DNA from: Synergistales bacterium
Lineage (GTDB): Bacteria > Synergistota > Synergistia > Synergistales > JAFGMB01
Assembly: GCA_963666205.1 (NCBI GenBank)
Contig: OY762654.1
Coordinates: 224,001 to 288,000, forward strand
DNA: 64,000 bases
Direction: 5' to 3'
Below, one piece after another: positions 33,088-43,604 of this stretch (positions are counted from its first letter, which is position 1; each line of letters opens with the position of its first letter). The notes under the pieces were generated by a model. The model searched no databases and was not told the DNA's origin. It was given only the letters and a program-made list of their open reading frames with translations. The translations under genes and the position numbers were made by a program.

Positions 33088-34033
33088 AAGCCTTTACTAC
33101 TTTTTGTACAATATGGTGCCGAACAACGTCCCTGTTTGTAAGAGAAATAAAATGTATTCCCTCTATACCATCCAGAATATGCCGGACCTCCTTAAGACCT
33201 GACTGTTTACCCGAAGGCAGATCGATCTGCGTAATATCTCCTGTGATTACAGCTTTGGAACCAAAACCCAACCGGGTAAGGAACATCTTCATCTGCTCCG
33301 GAGTTGTATTCTGGGCTTCATCCAGGATGATAAAACTGTCGTTCAGAGTTCTTCCCCTCATATAAGCCAGAGGTGCGATCTCGATGATATTCTTGTCAAC
33401 GTAACGAATGAATCTCTCTGGTGAAAAAAGATCGTAGAAAGCATCATAGAGAGGCCTTACATAGGGTTCAACCTTTTCCCGAAGGTCTCCAGGAAGAAAC
33501 CCCAGACTTTCTCCAGCCTCGACTGCAGGCCTGACCAGAATAATCCTGGTTATTTTGGAAGCCTTTAAAAGGGCTACTGCATGACACACAGCCAGATAGG
33601 TTTTCCCAGTACCGGCGGGACCTATAGAAAAGACTATGTCATTGTTTCTCATGGACTCAATATAATCTTTCTGCCCGGAAGTTCTGGGACGAACAGGTTT
33701 ACCCCTTGACGTGGTAACAATAACATCATTGTAAAGGGGAGAAAGATCCACCTTCCCATCTTCTGCTATAACATCAAGGGCATACCGAACATCCGCAGGA
33801 GTGATCCTGTGGCCTTTTAAAGCTACCTGATGTATCTGGGAAATAAAAGCAGAAACCATCAGCAGAACATTCTCATCAGGACCCTGAAGGATAAGCTGGG
33901 TACCCCTGACACCAAGACGAATGGGGAATCTTTGTTCCAGGATCCCGATATTCTCATCCTTATTTCCAAGAAGTCTTGAAAGCACTTCACTATCGCCTAT
34001 CTCAATAATTTTTTTCTGATCTTCAAAAGACAT
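33056..34033 (-). CDS. phoH: PhoH-family ATPase (KH-PhoH, YbeZ-like)
   Basis: GPAGTGKTYLA, RPAVEAGE, LAYMRGRT, DEAQN, GDITQIDL, DVVRH. Confidence 0.95.
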   Translation of the reverse strand: MSFEDQKKIIEIGDSEVLSRLLGNKDENIGILEQRFPIRLGVRGTQLILQGPDENVLLMVSAFISQIHQVALKGHRITPADVRYALDVIAEDGKVDLSPLYNDVIVTTSRGKPVRPRTSGQKDYIESMRNNDIVFSIGPAGTGKTYLAVCHAVALLKASKITRIILVRPAVEAGESLGFLPGDLREKVEPYVRPLYDAFYDLFSPERFIRYVDKNIIEIAPLAYMRGRTLNDSFIILDEAQNTTPEQMKMFLTRLGFGSKAVITGDITQIDLPSGKQSGLKEVRHILDGIEGIHFISLTNRDVVRHHIVQKVVKAYEIYEERRKS

Positions 34034-34176
34034 TATCTCTTCAGAAATTATCCTTCACTTCCTTCTTCACAATCAACAGGAGAGCGGTTAAAGTTTAAAC
34101 TGTATGGATGTCTTGTCTGGATGCTGCCGGCAAGTGACAGCATGAAACCTGGTTCAACAGCTTGTCAGGATCAATA

Positions 34177-35610
34177 TCATACAGGATAGGCCGAATCGTC
34201 TATCAGGGTATTCAAACCAACGTCCCTTTTCATGGTACGGGCAAACTTTCGAACAAGGAAATCTTTTGCAACAGATGGAAACAGGATATAGCTCAGAACA
34301 TCTTCCGGCTGGGTACACCATCCTTTTACCGCCTGCTTTGCCTTTTCGATTTCAGGTTCAAGTATTTCGCCTGGACGACAGGTTATAGGGATATTATCAC
34401 CAATTGCTTTCTGTCTTGCAACCGGGTCGAGTTTCCCGGGAGGGGTTCCATAATACCCCAGGAAATAGTTTCGGACTTCTGTGGGAACTATTTTCCATCT
34501 TTCACCAGTAAGGATATTGAGGGTCGCCTGGGTACCCACAAGCTGGCTTGTGGGGGTTACAAGTGGGGGATAGCCCATTTCTTCCCTGACCCTTGGGACC
34601 TCGTTAAGAACATCCTCAAGTTTATCGAGAGCATTCTGTTCATTAAGCTGATTGGTCAGGTTCGAATACATTCCGCCAGGTATCTGATACATAAGGACAT
34701 TGATGTCGACCCCTGCAAGTTTGACAAGAAGTTCACTATATTTACCACGGGCTTCCTTGAAATGTTTGGCAATGGGGACCAGATCTTTCAACGCTATACC
34801 AGTGTCATGATCTCCCCCCTGGAGGGCTGCTACAACTGCTTCAGTAGCGGGCTGGCTTGTACCCATTGAAAGAGGGGAAATCGCACAATCAACCACATCA
34901 GCTCCAGATTGAATCCCGGCAAGGTAGGCCATAGAAGCCATACCGCTTGTATAATGACAGTGAATCTGAACAGGCAGTCCGGTTGTATCCTTGATGGTCT
35001 TTACAAGCTTTTGTGAGGCAACTGGAGATAGAAGTCCAGCCATATCCTTGATACATATGGAATCAGCTCCCATTCCCTTCATATGCAAGGCCATGTCTCC
35101 AAAGGTTTCCAGCGTGTGAACGGGAGAAAGGGTATAAGAAATGGAAAGTTGAAGATGGGCCCCTTCCTTTTTAACCTGGTCAGCTGCTATTTCCATATTC
35201 TTAAGATCATTCAGGGCATCAAATATCCTTATGATATCGAGCCCATTACCAACTGCTCTTTTCACAAATTCTCTTACTGTATCATCAGCATAATGACGGT
35301 ATCCAACTATGTTCTGTCCCCTTAAAAGCATTTGCAATTTGGTCTTTTTGAATCGTTTTCTGAGAGTGCGAAGTCTTTCCCATGGATCCTCATCAAGAAA
35401 TCTCATACAAGTATCAAAGGTAGCCCCTCCCCATACTTCGAGGGAGTGATAACCGACCTCATCCATAAGATCAACAACAGGAAGCATATCCTCTATTCTC
35501 AAGCGTGTGGCAATTAGAGACTGGTGGGCATCCCTTAAAGCTGTTTCAGTTATTCCAACTTTAGACAGACAGCTCGTTTCAGAACCTTTGACTCGTTCAA
35601 CCATGGTCAA
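34177..35610 (-). CDS. Pyruvate/oxaloacetate carboxyltransferase (OadA / PycB / transcarboxylase 5S family) without biotin-carrier domain
   Basis: RDAHQSL, WGGATFD, LLRGQN, KDMAG, HCH, PGGM, PLVTPTSQ; no EAMKM motif. Confidence 0.9.
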   Translation of the reverse strand: MTMVERVKGSETSCLSKVGITETALRDAHQSLIATRLRIEDMLPVVDLMDEVGYHSLEVWGGATFDTCMRFLDEDPWERLRTLRKRFKKTKLQMLLRGQNIVGYRHYADDTVREFVKRAVGNGLDIIRIFDALNDLKNMEIAADQVKKEGAHLQLSISYTLSPVHTLETFGDMALHMKGMGADSICIKDMAGLLSPVASQKLVKTIKDTTGLPVQIHCHYTSGMASMAYLAGIQSGADVVDCAISPLSMGTSQPATEAVVAALQGGDHDTGIALKDLVPIAKHFKEARGKYSELLVKLAGVDINVLMYQIPGGMYSNLTNQLNEQNALDKLEDVLNEVPRVREEMGYPPLVTPTSQLVGTQATLNILTGERWKIVPTEVRNYFLGYYGTPPGKLDPVARQKAIGDNIPITCRPGEILEPEIEKAKQAVKGWCTQPEDVLSYILFPSVAKDFLVRKFARTMKRDVGLNTLIDDSAYPV

Positions 35611-36458
35611 TCCATTCCTCCCTTACAATCCGAAGATCTCTGTTCCCTGATCTCCTTCTTTGAACATTCCCATAATTCTTCAAGTTCCTCAAGGGTATGA
35701 CCATCCCAGGCCTTACCTGAAGAATGGACCTTCTCCTCCACCGCCCTGAATCTCGTGTTAAATTTCATGCATGCCTTCTGAAGGGCGACTTCCGGTTCTA
35801 TATCTAAATGGCGAGCCAGGTTTACCAGGGCGAAGAAGAGGTCGCCCATTTCATCTTCGACTGCTGAGGGAGTTTCATTATACAGAGCTTCTTTCAATTC
35901 TCCAATTTCCTCTTCTATCTTGTCAAACAAAGGTCGTCTATCACCCTTAGGCCAATCAAATCCTACATTAGCCGCTTTTTCCTGGGTACGATATGCCTTG
36001 ACGAGCGCCGGCAGGTTGATTGGTACACCGGAAAGGACAGAATGATCTTTGCCCCTGGAGTTATTCTTTTTTTCGACGGTTTTGATTCTTTCCCAGTTTT
36101 TCAGAACATCCTGACTGTTTTGGACATTGATATCGGCAAAGACGTGAGGATGTCTGCGTATTAGCTTATCCCTAAGTACCTCAAGTATATCAGAGAGATG
36201 AAACAGGCCTTTTTCCTCTGCTATTGTAGCAATGAAAACAGGCTGTAGAAGCAAGTCTCCACTTTCCTCAATTATTTCTCCTATATCCTTACTGGTAATT
36301 GCATCCACAAGTTCATAGGATTCTTCAATTATGTAAGTCCGAAGAGAATCAAAGGTCTGTTCCCTGTCCCAGGGACATCCCCCAGGGGCCCGAAGTCTGT
36401 GCATTATATCCACAAGTTCCTGGAAAGTGCTCCCCGCATCATTCATTTTCTTATTCAA
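35607..36458 (-). CDS. mazG: Nucleoside triphosphate pyrophosphohydrolase MazG
   Basis: LRAPGGCPWDREQT, EESGDLL, RRHPHVF, GFDW, DEMGDLFF. Confidence 0.95.
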   Translation of the reverse strand: MNKKMNDAGSTFQELVDIMHRLRAPGGCPWDREQTFDSLRTYIIEESYELVDAITSKDIGEIIEESGDLLLQPVFIATIAEEKGLFHLSDILEVLRDKLIRRHPHVFADINVQNSQDVLKNWERIKTVEKKNNSRGKDHSVLSGVPINLPALVKAYRTQEKAANVGFDWPKGDRRPLFDKIEEEIGELKEALYNETPSAVEDEMGDLFFALVNLARHLDIEPEVALQKACMKFNTRFRAVEEKVHSSGKAWDGHTLEELEELWECSKKEIREQRSSDCKGGMD

Positions 36459-39400
36459 TCCCTGGTTCACCTCCTGTTTTAGCATCCTTCTCAGCTATAG
36501 CCTTCAACCTGATTACAAGTTCCGCGAGTCTTCTCATTCCCCTGTACCCTCCTGGGCCGTAACCTGTGGATTCATTGAATATCCAACCACTGCAGGAGTT
36601 CCTGAACAGGTGTGTTTTATCTCCTGAATAATGCACAACAGTCTCTTTATGTTTACTGAAAACCATACTTATTCCTAACTCAGGTCCAGTCTTTCTTAAT
36701 AAACATACGTCCAGAAGATATTGGACAACCTGGGGCAAAGGACCAAAACGGTCGATCATTTCAGATCTGAGATCAGTAAGTTCCCTGAGATCAGAAACCT
36801 GTAGAAGTCTTCGATAAAGGCTTATACGTACCCCTTCCTGTGGTATGTACGAAACGGGGATGGTAATTGCCACTTCAACGGACACCTCTGTTTCTATAAA
36901 ATGAACACCCCTAAGTCTGTTGATCTCATCTTCAAGGAGATCATAATAGTAGTCAAGGCCCATCCTGGCCGAACTTCCATGCTGCCTTGTTCCAACAAGC
37001 TCGCCTGCTCCCCTTATGTTCAGATCCTGCATAGAAAGGTTATAGCCGGTACCGGAAATCCCCAGATTTGCAATAGCTTCCAGTCTTTCAGTTGCTTCTT
37101 TTGAAAGCACCTTATTTTCGGGATAATGGAAAAAGGCATAACCGGTTTCTCCCCGTCTACCTATTCTGCCTCTCAACTGGTAAAGCTGTGCAAGGCCCAG
37201 CTCATGGGCTTCATCTATAATCATTGTATTAGCCCTTCCAACGTCAAGTCCACTTTCAACGATGGTAGTACACACCAGCAGATCTGTTTCACCACTGTAA
37301 AAGGAAAGCATGTTCTTTTCAAGTTCACGCTCTTTCATCTGTCCATGGGCAACTGTAACAGAAGCATCTGGGAAAAATGACCTCAGAATCGCAGCTCTTT
37401 TCTCAATGGTTTCCACCCTGTTGTGTACAAAAAAGATCTGCCCCCCTCTGGATAACTCGCGGGAAATGGCTTTTCTAACAATGTCATCACGCCATGGACC
37501 GACAAAAGTCACAACTGGCATCCTGTTTTCTGGAGGAGTTGCCATCACAGATATTCCCTTAAGTCCCCTGAGAGACATGGAAAGGGTACGTGGAATGGGT
37601 GTCGCAGTAAGGGTCAGGACATCAACCTGCCTGTAGGAATCCTTTATCTTTTCCTTATGCATAACTCCAAACCGATGTTCTTCATCCACAATCAGGAGTC
37701 CCAGATCCCTGAAAACCATGTCTTTCTGCAGGAGTCTCTGGGTACCGATAATGATATCTACTTTTCCCTTGCCTATGTCGTCCAGTATTTCTTTCTGTCT
37801 GGAAGATTTAACAAAGCGGGAAAGAACTTCTATCCTGACAGGAAAACCTGACATCCGTGTAATAAAAGTGTTATAGTGCTGCTGAGCAAGTATGGTCGTC
37901 GGCACCAGCACCGCGACCTGTTTCCCAGCCTCAACGGATTTCATGGCAGCTCTTATGGCTATCTCGGTCTTTCCATATCCCACATCCCCCACAATAAGTC
38001 TGTCCATAGGGGTGGTTCGCTCCATGTCAGCTTTTACTGATTCTATTGCTATCAACTGATCTGCAGTTTCATCAAAGGGAAAAGATTTTTCGAGTTGAAA
38101 CATATATTCGCCATCTTCAGGGAAGGCAGTACCTTTCAGGACTTCACGTGCAGCATAGATTTTCAGCAACTCCTTCGCTTCCTGTCTGGCTTTTTCCCTA
38201 TCTTTAGTAATCTGTTTCTTCCATTTCTTTCCACCAAGAGAATCAGGAACCACATCTGATCCAGGAAATACAGATAACCTTGAGAGTTTTGAAAATTGCG
38301 TGATCGGCATAAGGAGCCTTTTTTCATCAGCAAATTCCAGAACAAACATATCTATATCGACATCATCCATATTTACAGTTTCAAGTCCTGAAAATAGTGC
38401 AACACCGTATTCTGCATGGATAACCCAGTCTCCGGCAGAAAGTTTTCTGTTCCATTCAAAAGGAAAGGGTATTTCGGAGTCCCTGGTTGGGGAAGCAGTA
38501 AGTCCGGCTAATTCAAGATCAGACAGGATTACCGATCCGGTGTGTCGATCGAGAAATCCCCTTGACAGGAATTTCCTGTTGCAGGAAATTCCCATATCCT
38601 TCGCCAGTTCCAGATATCTTTCGTTCGTAGAATAAAGGATCACATTCTGTAGACTTCCTAACCAGGTTCGACACTGGGCCTGAAATTCTTCAACGCGGCC
38701 CTTGAAATGTGGACAGGAATAAATCTTCATTTCCTTTCCCGGGACTTCGTATGTAATTTCAGCCTGGGAAACCCTTATAAGAGGGTTTTTTTTCAACTTG
38801 TTATAAACATCATTCCAGCTCTGGTCTGAAATCCCTTGACTCTTCTCTCCAAGGCTTTGCCATAGCCACAAATAGGTTTCTGCCTGATTTTCGATCTTTG
38901 CAGGATCATAGAGCAGTACATGACAATTCTGGGGAAACAACTGGAAAGGGTAAAATGAACTATGAGATGTTATGCCATGTAATTCCACTTCATCGGCGAA
39001 GCCAATGCTTTGCTGTGTTCTGGGTTTAAAAAAACGGATCTCCTCCAGGGTCTCATCGAAGAACTCAAGTCGGATGGGATAGTGAAAGGCAGGATCATAA
39101 ACATCAATGATACTTCCACGAAGTACATATTGACCTGGTGACCAGACATTCTCACACTGATGGTAACCCTTCTCGTTGATCCAGGAAACAAATATCTTCC
39201 TTGAAATATCCTTCCCTTTTCTTATCTTAAAAACTGAAGAAGATTCTCTTACAGGAGTTATGAGGGCACCAGGGGTAGCGAGCAGAAGTCCACCGAGTGA
39301 CCCCCATTCCTTAAGGGACTCGCCCCTCTGTACATAGAGTGCCGAGTCCTGGAATGAATCCACATCGAGGGGTATCTCCTTGAGTTCATATATGGTATCT

Positions 39401-39606
39401 GCGAAAAGGCTTCTCCAGTCATTCAGAAACTCGGAAAGAACACGTTGATTAGGGAGTACTACCAGAAGAGGGGCTGAAGGGTTTCTGCAGATCCAGGGCA
39501 GGGAAGCCCCCCCGACCGGGAGTCTAAGGGTTGCTCCTTTATTCCACAGTTGGGGTTCAATTTCCCATATGGAAGAAGTGTCAGAATACACAGGTTCCTT
39601 TAACAA
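36451..39606 (-). CDS. mfd: Transcription-repair coupling factor
   Basis: RGSIIDV (UvrB-like), PMDRLIVGDVGYGKTE, DEEHRFGV, TATPIPRT, QLRGRIGR, C-terminal TRCF domain. Confidence 0.95.
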   Translation of the reverse strand: MLKEPVYSDTSSIWEIEPQLWNKGATLRLPVGGASLPWICRNPSAPLLVVLPNQRVLSEFLNDWRSLFADTIYELKEIPLDVDSFQDSALYVQRGESLKEWGSLGGLLLATPGALITPVRESSSVFKIRKGKDISRKIFVSWINEKGYHQCENVWSPGQYVLRGSIIDVYDPAFHYPIRLEFFDETLEEIRFFKPRTQQSIGFADEVELHGITSHSSFYPFQLFPQNCHVLLYDPAKIENQAETYLWLWQSLGEKSQGISDQSWNDVYNKLKKNPLIRVSQAEITYEVPGKEMKIYSCPHFKGRVEEFQAQCRTWLGSLQNVILYSTNERYLELAKDMGISCNRKFLSRGFLDRHTGSVILSDLELAGLTASPTRDSEIPFPFEWNRKLSAGDWVIHAEYGVALFSGLETVNMDDVDIDMFVLEFADEKRLLMPITQFSKLSRLSVFPGSDVVPDSLGGKKWKKQITKDREKARQEAKELLKIYAAREVLKGTAFPEDGEYMFQLEKSFPFDETADQLIAIESVKADMERTTPMDRLIVGDVGYGKTEIAIRAAMKSVEAGKQVAVLVPTTILAQQHYNTFITRMSGFPVRIEVLSRFVKSSRQKEILDDIGKGKVDIIIGTQRLLQKDMVFRDLGLLIVDEEHRFGVMHKEKIKDSYRQVDVLTLTATPIPRTLSMSLRGLKGISVMATPPENRMPVVTFVGPWRDDIVRKAISRELSRGGQIFFVHNRVETIEKRAAILRSFFPDASVTVAHGQMKERELEKNMLSFYSGETDLLVCTTIVESGLDVGRANTMIIDEAHELGLAQLYQLRGRIGRRGETGYAFFHYPENKVLSKEATERLEAIANLGISGTGYNLSMQDLNIRGAGELVGTRQHGSSARMGLDYYYDLLEDEINRLRGVHFIETEVSVEVAITIPVSYIPQEGVRISLYRRLLQVSDLRELTDLRSEMIDRFGPLPQVVQYLLDVCLLRKTGPELGISMVFSKHKETVVHYSGDKTHLFRNSCSGWIFNESTGYGPGGYRGMRRLAELVIRLKAIAEKDAKTGGEPGIE

Positions 39607-39648
39607 TAGGATATCACTCCGTACTGATCAATCAGATCAAAAACATTT

Positions 39649-40233
39649 CTATGGCGCCTCCTGGGGGGCACTCTGGGAATTTACTGTATTCATTGCGTTT
39701 TGTATATCGTGCTGAAGCCATATTCTTATGCCGGAACAGGCTTTTTCGAGAACATCAGGTAAAAATAACTGTTCTTCTTTGTTAAAACTTGAAAGAACAT
39801 GATCAACATTGTCTTCCTTGTCAGGAGGCCCTATGCCGATTCTCAGTCTGGGAATATTCTGTGAGCCCAGACTGGAGATGACAGACTGGATACCCTTATG
39901 ACCTGCAGAAGAACCTTTTGCCCTTAGGCGGATCACTCCGAACGGGAGAGCCATATCATCATACACCACAAGAATGTCTTCCAGTGAGATTGTAAACCGG
40001 GACACAGCACTCAGCACAGCAAGCCCACTCAGGTTCATATATGTAAGGGGTTTGAGTATCACAGCCATCTGGCCATGAAGAACAATGGGACCCCAGAACA
40101 TGGCTTTATGCCTCATTTCGGGGGTCCCGCAGTTTTCCAGAGAAATCATATGGTCAACTACAAGCCAACCAGCGTTATGTCTTGTAAATGTATATTTCGG
40201 ACCAGGATTACCAAGACCTACAATGAGACGCAA
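39649..40233 (-). CDS. pth: Peptidyl-tRNA hydrolase
   Basis: LIVGLGNPG, TRHNAG, KPLTYMNLSG, GHKG, RLRIGIG. Confidence 0.97.
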   Translation of the reverse strand: MRLIVGLGNPGPKYTFTRHNAGWLVVDHMISLENCGTPEMRHKAMFWGPIVLHGQMAVILKPLTYMNLSGLAVLSAVSRFTISLEDILVVYDDMALPFGVIRLRAKGSSAGHKGIQSVISSLGSQNIPRLRIGIGPPDKEDNVDHVLSSFNKEEQLFLPDVLEKACSGIRIWLQHDIQNAMNTVNSQSAPQEAP

Positions 40234-40237
40234 GAGA

Positions 40238-40888
40238 CTACTCCGTCTCCTCCTTTGATTTACCCTTCCCTACAACCTCTACCTCGGTTGGTTCTTCTTC
40301 TACTGTCTCTTCTGCTGCTGCTCTTGCATGGGCAACTGTAAAGACGACTTCTTCTCCATCCACAGCTATTTCTGCACTTTGAGGAAGTTCAAGGTCAGAT
40401 AGGTGAATAAAACTTCCCAGTTCAAGACCTGAAACATCAACTTTTATTGACTCAGGGATCTCACTGGGCAGAACATCAAGTTCGATCTCATGAATGACCT
40501 GCTCGAAAACACCTCCGAGCTTAATACCTTTACAAATGTCCTTATTGAAAGCTTCAATAGGTACATTGACCTTGATCTTGTGACCCTTTACAAGTTGAAG
40601 AAGGTCAATATGGAGTATTTCATCGTTAACAGGATTTCTCTGAATCTCCCTCATAAGGCATAATTCCTTTTGTCCAGAGGGAAGACTGGCTTCAAGTCTT
40701 ACAGTTTCCCTATGGGCTGAGTTCACGCTGGAGTAGATTTCCGATTTGAGTACCTTTACTGTAAGGGAATCCCTGTAATCTGTTCCATAAAAAGTAGCTG
40801 GAATAAATCCCTGTGATCTGAGTCTTCGAACCTCTTGTTTTCCCTTTTCCATTCTTTCCTCTAGTTTGATAGAAACAACTTCAGTCAT
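40238..40888 (-). CDS. rplY: 50S ribosomal protein L25 / general stress protein Ctc
   Basis: RRLR..GFIPA..YG, EIQRNP..ILHIDL, GIKLGG, acidic tail; between prs and pth. Confidence 0.93.
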   Translation of the reverse strand: MTEVVSIKLEERMEKGKQEVRRLRSQGFIPATFYGTDYRDSLTVKVLKSEIYSSVNSAHRETVRLEASLPSGQKELCLMREIQRNPVNDEILHIDLLQLVKGHKIKVNVPIEAFNKDICKGIKLGGVFEQVIHEIELDVLPSEIPESIKVDVSGLELGSFIHLSDLELPQSAEIAVDGEEVVFTVAHARAAAEETVEEEPTEVEVVGKGKSKEETE

Positions 40889-40928
40889 TTTATGACATCC
40901 TCCCTCTTATTCAGCCAGTGACAGATTC

Positions 40929-41903
40929 TTACCTGTTCGAAAAAAGGCTACTAACTGACTGGTCTGTATGAACACGTCTTATGGACTCTGCGAATAACGG
41001 TGCTATGGACAATTGGACTATTTTATCTAATTTTTTGGATTCAGGCAATGGAATAGTATCTGAGAGAACCACTTTGTCAATATCTGCAGCGGCAAGGCGG
41101 TCTAAAGCAGGGCCGGAGAGAACTGCATGGGTAGCACAGGCACAGACACTTAATGCTCCACGTTCCTTAAGAGCATGGGCTGCATTGACTATCGTCCCGG
41201 CCGTATCGATTATATCATCGACAAGAATGGCAGTTTTACCTTCCACCTCACCAATTATCTCCATCACCTCACAGAAATTGGCTACTTCGTGGGAACGTCT
41301 TTTGTCCACAATAGCAAGATCGGAGTTGAGCCTGACCGCAAAACGTCTTGCTCTTACGACACCGCCAACATCAGGGGCAACTACAACCAGACGATCTTCA
41401 GCAATTTCTCTTGCAAACTCGGTCCTGAAGTATGTGGAAAGCAAGGGTATTCCGGTAAGATGATCAACTGGAATATCAAAAAAACCCTGTATCTGGCCTG
41501 CATGAAGATCCGCTGATATAACTCTCTGGGCCCCTGTGGTTTCTATAAGATTTGCAACCAGCTTGGCAGATATGGGGTCCCTGGCCTTGGTTTTCCTATC
41601 CTGACGGGCATAACCGAAATAGGGTGTAACAACATTGATCCTGTAAGCAGATGCCCTCTTCAGCGCATCTATCATGATAAGTAACTGCATGATATTGTGG
41701 TTTACCGGATCACACGTTGGCTGCACTATAAAAACGTCGGCACCCCTCACACTTTCTTCAATTGACAGTCCCAATTCCCCATCGGAAAATTTAAAATGTT
41801 TTGCCACTGAAAGGGGCACTTTTAATTCCTGGCAGATTCGCTTTGCAAACTCTGGATGGGATGTACCAGAAAAGATTTTTAAAGCCCTGGACCCGGATCC
41901 CAT
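40929..41903 (-). CDS. prs: Ribose-phosphate pyrophosphokinase
   Basis: FSDGE, PYFGYARQDRK, DLHAGQIQGFF, VDDIIDTAGT. Confidence 0.98.
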   Translation of the reverse strand: MGSGSRALKIFSGTSHPEFAKRICQELKVPLSVAKHFKFSDGELGLSIEESVRGADVFIVQPTCDPVNHNIMQLLIMIDALKRASAYRINVVTPYFGYARQDRKTKARDPISAKLVANLIETTGAQRVISADLHAGQIQGFFDIPVDHLTGIPLLSTYFRTEFAREIAEDRLVVVAPDVGGVVRARRFAVRLNSDLAIVDKRRSHEVANFCEVMEIIGEVEGKTAILVDDIIDTAGTIVNAAHALKERGALSVCACATHAVLSGPALDRLAAADIDKVVLSDTIPLPESKKLDKIVQLSIAPLFAESIRRVHTDQSVSSLFSNR

Positions 41904-41906
41904 ACT

Positions 41907-43313
41907 TTATTTCCTCCTTTTTCTGGACCGATCTTTTCTTTGCGTCCAGCCTTCAATATTACGCTGCTTTGCCCGCGACACAGCAAGTGCACCATTGGGA
42001 ACATCGCGGGTTATAACCGAACCGGCAGCAGTAAAGGTTTCATCTTCTATCGTAACAGGTGCAACAATAATAGTATCGCTCCCTATAAAAGACCTGTTGC
42101 CTATCCTGGTTACATGTTTTTCTAAGCCGTCGAAGTTACAGGTGATCGTACCGGCTCCTATATTCGTTTCATCGCCTATTGTAGCATCGCCGATGTATGA
42201 CAGGTGAGGGACTTTTGATGCCTTTCCAAGACTGCTTTTTTTAATCTCCACGAATTTTCCGACAAAAGAATCACGGGAGATCTCCGTTCCTTCCCTTATA
42301 AACGCAAAGGGTCCCAGTCTTGCATAAGGGCCAACCTTGCATTGATCGATTATCACATGACTCAATATCTCGACGTTCTCGTCGATGATTGAATCTGAGA
42401 TAATTGAATGACTTCCTATCCTGCTCCCTTTCCCTATGGAAGATTGCCCCCATATCTGTACAAAGGGTTCGATAAATACATCCTGATCCAATGACACGTC
42501 AGGCCCGATAAAGGTGCTTGCCGGATCCATAATTCTAACTCCTTTTAGCATATTGGATTTCAGGATCCTTTCCTTCATTAGTGCCGTTACTTCAGATAAT
42601 TGGATGGGGTCGTTGATACCAGACAGCTCAATACCGTTTTCGACATGATGAGGGATAACCTTCTTCCCGGCAATAGAGAGTATGGAAATCAGATCGGTAA
42701 GATAATACTCATTTTGTGAATTGGAGGCAGACAAGGATGAGATATGGTTGAGGAGGGCGGAAGTCCTGAAGATATAAATCCCAGCATTGACCTGGCGCAC
42801 CTGTTTTTGCAAGGTGTTTGCGTCTTTTTCTTCTACAATAAAAACATGACCTTCTGAATCGATGACCCTTCCATAACCAGCAGGGTCAAGTGGTTCAAAG
42901 GTAACAAAAGTACAGTCATTTTTATCTCGAAGGTGCTTTTCAACAAGTCTTCTGAGTGTTTTCTCACAAATGAGCGGCACATCACCCGGCAGAATAACGA
43001 TGTGGGAGAAGTTGGCAGACCAATCACACGATATCCTGACAGCGTGGCCGGTTCCAAGCTGCTCTTGCTGGTTGATAGTAGTGCATTCCTTCCAGTGGAG
43101 AGCAAGATAGTCTTCAACATCAGAGCCTCTATGACCTGTTACCACTGCAGAATTCTTGATATCGGCACCTCTGACCGCCCGAAGAATGTAATAAAGCATT
43201 GGCCGATCAAGGATAGGCTGAAGTACTTTAGGTAAATTACTTTGCATTCTCGTTCCCTTGCCAGCTCCAAGAATAAGTGCCCCGATGTCGTTATTATCAC
43301 TCAAAGTAATCAC
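41907..43313 (-). CDS. glmU: Bifunctional UDP-GlcNAc pyrophosphorylase / GlcN-1-P acetyltransferase
   Basis: LGAGKGTRM..PKVL, QLGTGHA, GYGR, EYYLTD, hexapeptide repeats, HLSYIGDA, NIGAGTITCN. Confidence 0.96.
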   Translation of the reverse strand: MITLSDNNDIGALILGAGKGTRMQSNLPKVLQPILDRPMLYYILRAVRGADIKNSAVVTGHRGSDVEDYLALHWKECTTINQQEQLGTGHAVRISCDWSANFSHIVILPGDVPLICEKTLRRLVEKHLRDKNDCTFVTFEPLDPAGYGRVIDSEGHVFIVEEKDANTLQKQVRQVNAGIYIFRTSALLNHISSLSASNSQNEYYLTDLISILSIAGKKVIPHHVENGIELSGINDPIQLSEVTALMKERILKSNMLKGVRIMDPASTFIGPDVSLDQDVFIEPFVQIWGQSSIGKGSRIGSHSIISDSIIDENVEILSHVIIDQCKVGPYARLGPFAFIREGTEISRDSFVGKFVEIKKSSLGKASKVPHLSYIGDATIGDETNIGAGTITCNFDGLEKHVTRIGNRSFIGSDTIIVAPVTIEDETFTAAGSVITRDVPNGALAVSRAKQRNIEGWTQRKDRSRKRRK

Positions 43314-43365
43314 TCCCCGAAGGTTCCAGTGAAAGTCCCGTATTCTGTAGCATCAGGACAATACA

Positions 43366-43395
43366 GAAAAACAGGGGGTCCGACTGGTACCCCCA
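43366..43395 (-). terminator. Probable terminator hairpin after tRNA-Gln
   Basis: GGGGGTACC-AGTC-GGACCCCC (one bulge) followed by TGTTTTT. Confidence 0.55.
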
Positions 43396-43406
43396 CAAGA
43401 TTTCAA

Positions 43407-43481
43407 TGGCTGGGGTGGCTGGACTCGAACCAGCGATCACGGAGTCAAAGTCCGTTGCCTTGCCGACTTGGCTACACCCCA
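43407..43481 (-). tRNA. tRNA-Gln(TTG)
   Basis: TGGGGTGTAGCCAAG..ACGGA-CT-TTG-AC-TCCGT..GGTTCGAGTCC..CACCCCAGCCA. Confidence 0.97.
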
Positions 43482-43498
43482 ATAGCTTGCGAAATAAT

Positions 43499-43526
43499 AT
43501 AGTAACATGGCTTATAAGTCTGTCAA
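43499..43526 (-). promoter_or_regulatory. sigma70 promoter of tRNA-Gln
   Basis: TTGACA (43521-43526), 16 bp, TG-extended TACTAT. Confidence 0.7.
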
Positions 43527-43604
43527 GTTCAAGATATAATCTTTAAGTTAACATTATGTCATAAAGTACCTGCGAAGTTTCTTATCACTGCTCGACAGGA
43601 TGAT

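Noticed and set aside
34162..34869. 235-aa plus-strand ORF and similar long antisense ORFs (18766-19377, 41674-42207, 60132-60638, 901-1332)
   Set aside because: Antisense shadows of conserved minus-strand genes, with no motifs or convincing SD
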